Shown here in pieces: positions 48,110-57,039 of a stretch of 64,000 nucleotides of DNA. The DNA is taken from the NCBI GenBank assembly GCA_947577075.1, contig CANPTW010000005.1:2890-66889 (forward strand), written 5' to 3'. Below the pieces are notes generated by a model. The model saw only the letters and a list, made by a program, of their open reading frames with translations, was not told where the DNA came from and made no database searches. The position numbers and the translations under genes are program-made. The stretch is from an uncultured Oscillibacter sp. GTDB taxonomy: Bacteria; Bacillota; Clostridia; Oscillospirales; Oscillospiraceae. The number at the start of each line of letters is the position of its first letter. Within the stretch, counting starts at the first letter, position 1.

Positions 48110-49889
48110 TTGGGGCTCCCTTCAGCAGCGGGACGCGGATGGTGACGCGAGTCCCTTGATTTGGCTGGCTTTCCAAGGACAGCGTATAGTCGCTTCCGAA
48201 CATCAGGCGCAGGCGCATGTGCACATTGATAAGGCCGTAGCTGTGCCCGGACCGGGGCACGCCCTCCTGAACCTTTTTCCAGAGGGCGGAAAGGGTGGGG
48301 CCGTCCATGCCGATTCCCGTGTCGGACACGGTGATGACCAGGAAGCGCTGGGCGACCCGGCAGGCGGACACCTCGATCAGGCCCTTCTCTCCCCTCCGGT
48401 AACGCTTGTTTTTCACGCCGTGGTAAATCGAGTTTTCCACAATGGGCTGGAGGATGATCTTGGGAAACTGGGCGTTCAGCGTGTCCGGCGACACGTTGAG
48501 CCGGTATTCCAGAATATCCTGATAGCGCATCTGCATGATATGGAGGTAGCAGGCCACATGGTTGACCTCCGTGTCGAAGGAAATCACGTCCATCCCGCTG
48601 CGCAGAGTCAGCCGGTAAAAATCGGAGAGGGAGGAGATGAGGTCCACGACCTCGTCTTTTTTGTCGTTTTCCGCGGCCCAGAGGGCACTGTCCAGGGTGT
48701 TGTACAGGAAGTGAGGGTTGATCTGGGACTGCAGGGCCTTCAGCTCCGACTTCGTCAGGTTGTTCTGGCCCTCTACCGCCCGGGCCAGCAGGGCCTTGAT
48801 TTCCGAGAGCATCACGTCAAAGCTCTTGAATAGCTCCATGATTTCCACCTGGCCGTCGATTTGGGGGACCTTGATGTCCAGATTTCCTGCGGCGGCGGTC
48901 TGCATCAGGGATTTCAGCTGCAGGACGGGTCTGGCGATGTATTTGGACAGCAGCAGGTTGACAAGGAGGATCAGCAGAAAGGAGATCAGCACCATGAAAA
49001 AGGCGTTTCGCTGAATGCGCTGCACGACGGCGAAAATATCGTCCGTCGGGGCGGCGGAAATCACCTTCCAGTCGGTGGAGGGGAGGCTGGCGTACACGAC
49101 GAGGGCGCCGTCCTGCTGAAGGACGCCGCTTTCCTCCCGGCTGGCCGCGATCTGGCAAATCGCGTCTCTGGACAGGACGGACGGACCGCTGGAGGCGAAG
49201 AGCTCCGTCCCCGCACGGTCCGCCACCAGAGCCTGCCCGCTGGCGCAGGGTCGGGAGTTTTCCAGTATGCTGACAATAAAGTGCTTGCTGATGGTGACGC
49301 ACATTACCCCGCAGATCTCATTGGTGCTGATCTTGAATGCGGCGGCGGAGATGGTCAGCGCGTCGTTTTTGGGGACGCGCTCCTGGGGGGCGGCGGCCGT
49401 GCCCTGGACGTGGATTTTCCGGGGCTCCTCCAGGACGGACCGGAACTGTGCGAATTCGTCGAAGGGGCGGTCCAGGGTAAAATAGCCGTTCCGCTCGCTG
49501 TAGCAGTGCCCGTTTATGCCGATCACGCTCATATCCAGGATATTGGAGCTGCTGGCCTGCGTCTGGCGGATGCTGGAGAAAACCTCGCCCACCGCTTTGG
49601 CGGCGTCGTAGCGGTCGCTTTCGGCTTTGCTGTTCAGAAAGTCCGATATGATATAGGAGGATGTGTAGTTCATCAGCCGGGAGGCCTCGTTGATGCCCGT
49701 GTTGATCTCGGAGTTGAGATACTGGGCGGTCTGCCGGACCTGGGTCTCCACCCGTTCCTTTGCCTGGTCCGCCGCCACCGTGTACGCGTAAAAATTCATG
49801 ATCAGCATGGGCAGGAAGGAGCATACGAGAAACAGCAGCGCAATCATTTGCTTGAGGGGGATGTGCTTGAAGTGGAAAGAGATATACAT
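48099..49889 (-). CDS. YesM-like sensor histidine kinase
   Basis: LQSQINPHFLYNTL, QPIVENSIYHG and DTGIG; two TM segments plus HAMP. Confidence 0.93.
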   Translation of the reverse strand: MYISFHFKHIPLKQMIALLFLVCSFLPMLIMNFYAYTVAADQAKERVETQVRQTAQYLNSEINTGINEASRLMNYTSSYIISDFLNSKAESDRYDAAKAVGEVFSSIRQTQASSSNILDMSVIGINGHCYSERNGYFTLDRPFDEFAQFRSVLEEPRKIHVQGTAAAPQERVPKNDALTISAAAFKISTNEICGVMCVTISKHFIVSILENSRPCASGQALVADRAGTELFASSGPSVLSRDAICQIAASREESGVLQQDGALVVYASLPSTDWKVISAAPTDDIFAVVQRIQRNAFFMVLISFLLILLVNLLLSKYIARPVLQLKSLMQTAAAGNLDIKVPQIDGQVEIMELFKSFDVMLSEIKALLARAVEGQNNLTKSELKALQSQINPHFLYNTLDSALWAAENDKKDEVVDLISSLSDFYRLTLRSGMDVISFDTEVNHVACYLHIMQMRYQDILEYRLNVSPDTLNAQFPKIILQPIVENSIYHGVKNKRYRRGEKGLIEVSACRVAQRFLVITVSDTGIGMDGPTLSALWKKVQEGVPRSGHSYGLINVHMRLRLMFGSDYTLSLESQPNQGTRVTIRVPLLKGAPNEV

Positions 49890-50056
49890 AGGCGGACTCC
49901 TTATCCGTTCAAAGGGCCGGCGCCCGGAGGGCGGGGGCCGGCCGTCCCGGGGCGGATGGGCTCTTGTCTGCGGCCGTCGGGGCGGAAACGCGGGACTGAT
50001 GCCGACAAGCATATTATAATTTCCGTTCCGCAACTTTTCCACCGGTTTTGCCGAAC

Positions 50057-50122
50057 TTCCAAAAAAAAGAAAGTTTTTTCCAAAAAATAGACGTATCCCT
50101 CCGGGTAATTTTTTGCTAGAAT
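50057..50122 (+). promoter_or_regulatory. Direct repeats 21 bp apart (likely YesN sites) upstream of an extended -10
   Basis: TTCCAAAAAAAAGA (50057) and TTCCAAAAAATAGA (50078); TGcTAGAAT at 50114-50122. Confidence 0.5.
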
Positions 50123-50167
50123 GCAGACACCCAATGAGAACGGGGCCACTGTAAAAAAGGAGGAATT

Positions 50168-51190
50168 ATGAAAATGAAGATTCGGAAAAGCTTGCTTTCT
50201 TGCCTGCTGATCGCATGCGTGCTGCTGTCTCTGACGGCCTGCGGCCAGGGCGGCGATAAGCCGGCCCAGGAGCCTTCCGCCGGCCAGGAGGTTCCCGCCG
50301 GGGGCGGAGCGGAGCCGGAGCGCACCTTTGCCATCGTGTACCCCATCGTACACCCCTTCTTTGAGCCCATCGGCGTCGCCGCAGAGGAATACGCCAAGAC
50401 CCACGGCTGCAAAATCATCACCAAGGCGCCGGACTCTTCCAACGCGCAGCAGCAGATCGAAATCATGGAAAACCTGATTGCCATGAATGTGGACGGAATC
50501 GCCATCGGCCCCACCGACACCTCGGCCCTGGTGCCCACCATCAACAAGGCGGTGGAAAAGGGGATCAAGGTCATCTGCTTTGAGTCGGAAGCGGCGGACA
50601 GCGACGCGCTGTGCTTCATCGGAACCGACAACTATAAAGCCGGCCGCCACTTGGGGGAGGTCATCGGCAAGAATCTGAACGGAGAGGGCAAAATCGTGAT
50701 CCTGACGGGACTGCCCACCCAGTTCAGCCTGAACGAGCGCATCCGCGGAATCGAGGAGTATCTGGCGGAGAAGTATCCCGGCGTTGAGGTTGTCGACACG
50801 CAGCCCAGCGAGGGCGACCCCCAGAAGGCGGTTACCTGCACCGAGAACATGATCCAGGCTCACCCCGATTTCAGCGCCCTGGTGGGCATTGACGCCACGG
50901 CGGGACCCGCCGCCGCGTCGGTCTGGAAGGCGAAGGGCTGGCAGAACGACGACGCCCACATGATCCTGACCTTTGACGATATGGCGGACAATCTCCAGGG
51001 GGTCCGCGACGGCTATATCAAGGCGATTGTTGCCCAGCGCCAGACCACCTGGCACCAGCAGATTATCGACACGCTGAACACCCTCTGCGACGGGGGCAGT
51101 GTGGAGCCCTACAATGACACGGGCTCCGTGGAAATTACGATCGATAATATCGAGACTTATGTGGACGAGCCGTCCTACGTGGAAAAATAA
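50168..51190 (+). CDS. Monosaccharide ABC transporter substrate-binding lipoprotein (RbsB-like)
   Basis: Lipobox LTAC, HPFF and FIGTDNYKAG. Confidence 0.92.
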   Translation: MKMKIRKSLLSCLLIACVLLSLTACGQGGDKPAQEPSAGQEVPAGGGAEPERTFAIVYPIVHPFFEPIGVAAEEYAKTHGCKIITKAPDSSNAQQQIEIMENLIAMNVDGIAIGPTDTSALVPTINKAVEKGIKVICFESEAADSDALCFIGTDNYKAGRHLGEVIGKNLNGEGKIVILTGLPTQFSLNERIRGIEEYLAEKYPGVEVVDTQPSEGDPQKAVTCTENMIQAHPDFSALVGIDATAGPAAASVWKAKGWQNDDAHMILTFDDMADNLQGVRDGYIKAIVAQRQTTWHQQIIDTLNTLCDGGSVEPYNDTGSVEITIDNIETYVDEPSYVEK

Positions 51191-51265
51191 GACTGAGTGA
51201 GCTGGCCACGGCGGGCAAGGGTATCACCGCTTGCCCGCTGTGGCCGACTTTGGAGGGGGTCCGTT

Positions 51266-52228
51266 ATGATCAAAATGAAACAAAATGTGTTGAAGCCCCT
51301 GTTCTTAAAGCGCGAGAGCTCCATGGCGCTGATCCTGGTGGCGATCTTCCTGGCTATGTCCATCGCGCGGCCGGACACCTTCCGGACGCAGGACAATATC
51401 TTCAACCTGATGAAGCAGATCAGCCTCATCAGCATCATCGCCGTCGGGCAGACCTTTGTTTTGGCGACGGGGGGGATCGACCTCTCCGTGGGCTATTCCC
51501 TGGGGCTGGCGGGCATCGTGACGACAAAGTTCTTTGAGCTGGGGATCTCCCCCTGGGCGGCGATCCTGCTGGGCCTGTCCACCAGCGTGCTGATCGGCTT
51601 CCTCAACGGGGCGGTCATCACGGCGTTCAATCTGCCGCCGTTCATTGTCACGCTGGGAATGGCCAACATCGCCCGGGGACTTACGTACATCATCACAAAG
51701 GGCTTCCCCATTGCGCTGGAGAACGAGTTCGTGTGGGAGCTGGGCAACGGCTACTGGGGTCCCGTACCCATCATGGCGGTTATCATGCTGGTCCTGGCGG
51801 CGGGTTCCACCTATCTGCTCAACAGCACCCGCTTTGGGACCCGGGTGATTGCCATCGGGGGCAACGAGACGGCGGCCATGCTCTCCGGCATCAATGTCAA
51901 GGGCTATAAAACGATGGTATACACCCTGGCCGGGCTGCTGTGCGGAATTGCCGGGATCATCATGGTGGGCCGCCTGAACGCGGGAAACCCCAACGCCGGG
52001 TTGAACTTTGACACGGACTCCATTGCCGCCGCGGTGGTGGGCGGCACGGCCATGTCCGGCGGGGACGCCACCATGATTGGCACGCTGCTGGGGTCGCTGC
52101 TGCTGGGCGTCATTAAAAACGCCCTGGTGCTTTTGAACGTCAATATGTACTGGCAGACGGTCGTGGTCGGCTTGATCATCATTGTGGTCTGTATTTTCGA
52201 CAGCTACACCCGCGTCAAGAAAAAGTGA
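51266..52228 (+). CDS. Monosaccharide ABC permease (RbsC-like)
   Basis: GGIDLSVG, PPFIVTLG and IAAAVVGGT. Confidence 0.93.
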   Translation: MIKMKQNVLKPLFLKRESSMALILVAIFLAMSIARPDTFRTQDNIFNLMKQISLISIIAVGQTFVLATGGIDLSVGYSLGLAGIVTTKFFELGISPWAAILLGLSTSVLIGFLNGAVITAFNLPPFIVTLGMANIARGLTYIITKGFPIALENEFVWELGNGYWGPVPIMAVIMLVLAAGSTYLLNSTRFGTRVIAIGGNETAAMLSGINVKGYKTMVYTLAGLLCGIAGIIMVGRLNAGNPNAGLNFDTDSIAAAVVGGTAMSGGDATMIGTLLGSLLLGVIKNALVLLNVNMYWQTVVVGLIIIVVCIFDSYTRVKKK

Positions 52229-52236
52229 GGACGCGT

Positions 52237-53760
52237 ATGAGTGATATCATCCTGAAAATGCGGGGCATCACGAAGCGATTCCCCGGCGTCGTCGCACTGG
52301 ACAACGTGGATTTTGAGCTGAGGCGAGGGGAGATGCACGCCCTGATTGGGGAGAACGGTGCCGGAAAGTCCACGCTGATGAAGGTGCTGGGAGGCGTTTA
52401 CACACCAAACGAGGGCCGCATCGAGATCAACGGGAAAGAGGCGGCCATCACGAAGCCGCTGGACTCCATCGCCAACAAGGTGGGCGTTATCTACCAGGAG
52501 TTCAATCTGGTTCCCACGCTGAACGTAGCGGAGAATATGTTCCTGGGCCGGGAGAAGATCCGGGGGCCCGGCCATCTGCGCAAAAGCGAGATGGAGCGGC
52601 AGGCCGCCAAGGCCATGGCCCAGCTGGGCGTCCGGGATTTCGATCTGCGGACCAAGGTCAAGCATATGAGCGTCGCGATGCAGCAGCTGGTGGAGATCGG
52701 GAAAGCGGTGTTTGACGACATCGACATCCTGGTGATGGACGAGCCCACCGCCGTGCTGACGGAGCGGGAGACCAAGGGCCTGTTCCAGGTGGTGCAGAAG
52801 CTGAAAGATGACGGCATGTCCATCATCTACATCTCTCACCGCCTGGAGGAGGTGATCGAGCTGTGCGACCGGATGACGGTGCTGCGGGACGGCAGGATCA
52901 TAGAAACCATTGACAACCGGGACCGGAACACGGAAAAGGACTACATCGTCAAGAAGATGGTGGGCCGGGAGCTTGGGAATTACTTTCCCGCCAAGACGGC
53001 GGCCATCCGCCCGGACACGGCGCTGGAGGTGCGGGGGCTGACCCGTAAGGGAACGTACGAAAACGTCAGCTTCTCCGTGAAAAAGGGCGAGATACTGGGC
53101 CTTTCCGGCCTTGTGGGCGCGGGGCGGACGGAGATCGTGAAGAGCATCTTTGGCGCGGACAGGCCCGACAGGGGGGAAATCCTGGTGGACGGGGTCCCGG
53201 TTTCGATCCGCACCCCCAACCAGGCGAAAAAAGCGGGCATCGCTCTGGTTCCCGAGGACCGGAAGCGGGAGGGCGTCGTCCTGGGCATGAGCCTGCGGGA
53301 CAACATATGTCTTCCGAATCATGAGCAGATCTGCCGCCTTGGGCATGTCAGCCGGAAAAAGCGCCTGGAGCTGGCGGAGCGGTATATCAAGGATCTGCAG
53401 ATACGCCCCGGGGACCCGGACCGGCAGATCAAAAATTTCAGCGGAGGAAACCAGCAAAAAGGCGTCATTGCCAAATGGCTGGCGGCAAGCCCCAAGGTCA
53501 TGATCCTGGACGAGCCCACCCGGGGCATCGACGTGGGGGCCAAGGTGGAGATTTACAATCTGATCAACGGACTGGCGGCAAACGGCACGGCGGTGATCGT
53601 GGTTTCGTCGGAGCTGCTGGAGCTGCTGGGCATCTGCGACCGGATTCTGGTCGTCAATCACGGCCGGATCTCCGGGGAGTTTGACCGGGAACATTTCAGC
53701 CAGGACGCCATCATGCAAGCGTCCTTTGATATGGGAGGAACCGAACATGAAGGAGTATAA
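52237..53760 (+). CDS. Monosaccharide ABC ATP-binding protein (RbsA-like)
   Basis: GENGAGKST, DEPT twice and SGGNQQK. Confidence 0.95.
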   Translation: MSDIILKMRGITKRFPGVVALDNVDFELRRGEMHALIGENGAGKSTLMKVLGGVYTPNEGRIEINGKEAAITKPLDSIANKVGVIYQEFNLVPTLNVAENMFLGREKIRGPGHLRKSEMERQAAKAMAQLGVRDFDLRTKVKHMSVAMQQLVEIGKAVFDDIDILVMDEPTAVLTERETKGLFQVVQKLKDDGMSIIYISHRLEEVIELCDRMTVLRDGRIIETIDNRDRNTEKDYIVKKMVGRELGNYFPAKTAAIRPDTALEVRGLTRKGTYENVSFSVKKGEILGLSGLVGAGRTEIVKSIFGADRPDRGEILVDGVPVSIRTPNQAKKAGIALVPEDRKREGVVLGMSLRDNICLPNHEQICRLGHVSRKKRLELAERYIKDLQIRPGDPDRQIKNFSGGNQQKGVIAKWLAASPKVMILDEPTRGIDVGAKVEIYNLINGLAANGTAVIVVSSELLELLGICDRILVVNHGRISGEFDREHFSQDAIMQASFDMGGTEHEGV

Positions 53761-55204
53761 ACTGTATATTGACAATCAGTGGCTGGACGCCGGAGACGGC
53801 GGGACCTTCGCGTCCTATCACAAGGCGACGGGGGAAGAGGTCAACCGCTTCGCCGCGGCCACGGAGGCGGACGTGGACCGGGCCTGCCGGGCGGCCAGGG
53901 CGGCGTTTCCCGCCTGGTCCGGGCTGGACGGGGAGACCCGCAGCGAGTACCTGCGGGCGGCGGCGGGCATCATGAAGCGCCGCCGCCGGGAGATGGCGGA
54001 GCTGGAGGCGATGGAAACCGGAAAGCCGGTCTACGACACCTATGATTTTGATACCCGGGTTTCCATCTGGGCCTTTGAGTACTTCGCCGACCTCTGCCGG
54101 GAAATCCGGGGTGAGGTGATCCCCCTGGGCGACGTCAACCAACGGGATTTCGACTTTGTGACCTATGAGCCCTACGGCGTGGCGGCGATCATTGCGCCCT
54201 TCAACTTTCCCCTGCACCTGCTGACCCGCAGCCTGGCCCCCGCCCTGGCCGCCGGGAATACCTGCGTAATCAAGGCGTCCTCCATTACGCCCAGCACCGC
54301 GGCCGTCATGGCGGAGGTTTTTGAGGAGGCCGGATTCCCCGCCGGCGTGGTGAACGTGGTCCACGGCCAGGGCAGCCTGGTGGGGAACGCGCTGGTCAGC
54401 AACCGGGAGGTCGATATCGTGGGCTTCACCGGCTCCGAGGCGGTGGGGCGGCAGCTGATGCGCCTGTCCGCCGATTCTCCCGTCATGAAGAAGCTGGTGC
54501 TGGAGCTTGGCGGCAAGGGCGGCGTGATCGTGGAGCCGGACGCCGACCTCGACATCGCCACCACCTGCCAGATCGAGGGCTTCACCTTCAATCAGGGAGA
54601 GGTCTGTTGCGCCATGACGCGGGTGATCCTCCATGAGGACGTGTATGACGCGTATCTGGCCATGCTGAAGGAGAAATGCGACCGGATTCCCATCGGGGAC
54701 CCCCTGAACTACGACACCAGAATGGGCGTGCTGATCAGCGAGGAGCACCTCCGGGAGGTGGACGCCCACGTGAAGCGGGCGGTGGAGCAGGGAGCCGGGA
54801 TTTACGCCGGCGGCCACCGCTGCACGAAACCCGGCTGCGCGGGAGCGCCCTATTACATGCCCACGATTCTGACCGATGTGACCCCGGAGATGGACGTGTG
54901 GCGGAAAGAGGTGTTCGGCCCGGTGCTGTGCGTCTGCAAGTACCGGGATATCGAGGACGCCATCCGTCTGGCCAACGACACGGAGTTCGGCCTGGGCGCC
55001 AACATCTTCAGCCGGGATTTGAAGAAGGCCTATCAGATCGCCCGGCGCTTGAACGCCGGCTCCGTCTGGGTGAATCTGCCCAACGGCATGCACATGGCCT
55101 GTCCCTTCGGCGGCAACAAAAACAGCGGAAGCGGCCGGGAATACGGGACCTATGGCCTGCATGAGTACCTGAAGGTCAAAAACAACATGTGGCGGATGCA
55201 CTGA
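53747..55204 (+). CDS. Aldehyde dehydrogenase
   Basis: PFNFP, FTGS, LELGGK, catalytic GEVCC and EVFGP. Confidence 0.95.
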   Translation: MKEYKLYIDNQWLDAGDGGTFASYHKATGEEVNRFAAATEADVDRACRAARAAFPAWSGLDGETRSEYLRAAAGIMKRRRREMAELEAMETGKPVYDTYDFDTRVSIWAFEYFADLCREIRGEVIPLGDVNQRDFDFVTYEPYGVAAIIAPFNFPLHLLTRSLAPALAAGNTCVIKASSITPSTAAVMAEVFEEAGFPAGVVNVVHGQGSLVGNALVSNREVDIVGFTGSEAVGRQLMRLSADSPVMKKLVLELGGKGGVIVEPDADLDIATTCQIEGFTFNQGEVCCAMTRVILHEDVYDAYLAMLKEKCDRIPIGDPLNYDTRMGVLISEEHLREVDAHVKRAVEQGAGIYAGGHRCTKPGCAGAPYYMPTILTDVTPEMDVWRKEVFGPVLCVCKYRDIEDAIRLANDTEFGLGANIFSRDLKKAYQIARRLNAGSVWVNLPNGMHMACPFGGNKNSGSGREYGTYGLHEYLKVKNNMWRMH

Positions 55205-55209
55205 ATGCC

Positions 55210-56271
55210 ATGAAACGAGAGACGATTGGAGAAGTGCGGGGCCGCCCGGTGGAGCGCGTGGTCCTGGAAAACGAGCGGCTTTCCGCCGTGATCCTGAGCT
55301 TTGGCGGGGTCCTTCAGAGCCTGTGGGTCAAAGATCCGGTCCTTGGCCGGAGGGACGTGGTCCTTGGCTTTGCCCGGCTGGAGGACTATGTGGATCAAGG
55401 CTATTATGTGGGCGCCGTCATCGGGCGCTGCGCAAACCGCATCCGGGGAGCCTCCTTCACCATCGACGGGCGCGCCTGCGCTCTGGAGGCCAACGAGGGC
55501 CCCAACCACCTTCACGGCGGCTCCCGGGGCTTTTGGAACCTTCCCTTTGAAGTGGCCGGGGCGGGGGAGGAGTTCGTCACGCTGCGCCATCTCAGCCCCG
55601 ACGGGGCGGGGGGCTACCCCGGAGAGCTGGACACCCGCATCACGTTTTCCCTCCGGGGCCCCGCCCTTGAGATCGAGTACCTCGCCGCCGGCACGCGGGA
55701 CACCGTCGTCAACCTGACGCACCACAGCTATTTCAATCTGGAGAAGGACCACGCCGGCGATATCACCGGGGAGCGGCTGACCCTGTTTGCGGACGCCGTC
55801 ACGGAGATCGACGAGAGCTGTTCCTGCACGGGCGGCATCTTTTCGGTGGAGGGAACGCCCTTTGACTTCCGGCAGGGCGCCCGGATCGGTGAGCGCATTT
55901 TCTCAGAGGACGCCCAGATGCAAAAGGGCTCCGGCCTGAACCACAATTATGTCCTCTCCAAGCCCCTGGGCGCCTTCGGGCCGGTGGCGGAGGTGGTTTC
56001 CTCCGACGGCCTCCTGTCGATGCGGGTGGAGAGCGACCAGCCGGGCGTGCAGGTATACGGCGGGAATTACCTGGACGGCTCCCTGACCGGGAAAAACGGC
56101 GAGTCCTACCGCCGGTTCGCGGGGCTGTGCCTGGAGACCCAGGACTATCCGGACGCGGTTCACTGGGCGCACTTTCCCTCCACGCTGCTGAAAAGCGGGC
56201 GGCTTTATCAGCGAAGGACTCGGTATTCCTTTGCCGGCGTGAAGCGGCCTGCCCCGGACTGCGAATCCTGA
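55210..56271 (+). CDS. galM: Aldose 1-epimerase (mutarotase)
   Basis: GRCANRI, HLHGG, HSYFNL and CLETQ. Confidence 0.92.
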   Translation: MKRETIGEVRGRPVERVVLENERLSAVILSFGGVLQSLWVKDPVLGRRDVVLGFARLEDYVDQGYYVGAVIGRCANRIRGASFTIDGRACALEANEGPNHLHGGSRGFWNLPFEVAGAGEEFVTLRHLSPDGAGGYPGELDTRITFSLRGPALEIEYLAAGTRDTVVNLTHHSYFNLEKDHAGDITGERLTLFADAVTEIDESCSCTGGIFSVEGTPFDFRQGARIGERIFSEDAQMQKGSGLNHNYVLSKPLGAFGPVAEVVSSDGLLSMRVESDQPGVQVYGGNYLDGSLTGKNGESYRRFAGLCLETQDYPDAVHWAHFPSTLLKSGRLYQRRTRYSFAGVKRPAPDCES

Positions 56272-56676
56272 CGGCATGGAAAAGCCTCTTGCAGCCCTCC
56301 GCAATCGGTTTGCGCCGTGGTTCCGGGGCCGGCGGGAGGCGGTTTTGCGGGCCCCGCGATGCTTGGGGGATTTGAGGCCGGACGGCGGCGGGCGCTTCTT
56401 TATTTGAGACGATCCTCACGAACGCCGGTTCGGCGGATACAGGCGGCACGGGCGCTTATGATTTCCCGAAAAGCAAATGAATCCTTTAAGAGCGGGGTGG
56501 GAAGAACCACCCCGTTCTTTATAATGACCGGGAAACCACCCTGAAAATTTGGACAATCTGGGCGTTTCCCGAACGCCCGACCGGGTGAAAATACAGGCTT
56601 GATTTTCCCACGGGCTTCATTTAAAATAGACCCCGTGGGGCTCCGTGCCCCGGCAGCAAAACAGGGAGGCGATTGT

Positions 56677-57039
56677 ATGAAAAAACGCATTTTGGTGGTC
56701 GACGACGACAACATGAATCTGGCAAGGACCAGGATCATCCTTGGGAAGGAGTACGATGTGCTTCTGGCGGACTCCGGGGTTCAGGCGCTGGCAAAGGTGC
56801 AGAACGAAGCGGTTGACATGGTTCTTCTGGATATCGATATGCCGGGAATGAACGGCATCGAGACGTTTGAGCGCATGAAGAAAAACGCCGTGGCTGTCCC
56901 GGTAATCTTCCTGACGGCGTCGGGGCTGGAGGAGGACGTGCAAAACGCGATTAAGCTGGGCGCGGTGAATTATCTGAAAAAGCCCTACCGTCCGGAGGAG
57001 CTGATCAAACGGGTGGCGCAGGAGTTTGAGAAAGCATGA
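56677..57039 (+). CDS. Single-domain response regulator
   Basis: ILVVDDD, LLDIDMPG and YLKKP. Confidence 0.9.
   Translation: MKKRILVVDDDNMNLARTRIILGKEYDVLLADSGVQALAKVQNEAVDMVLLDIDMPGMNGIETFERMKKNAVAVPVIFLTASGLEEDVQNAIKLGAVNYLKKPYRPEELIKRVAQEFEKA

Noticed and set aside
56460-56640. Riboswitch upstream of the response regulator
   Set aside because: Hairpins are present, but I could not match conserved motifs of any known class.
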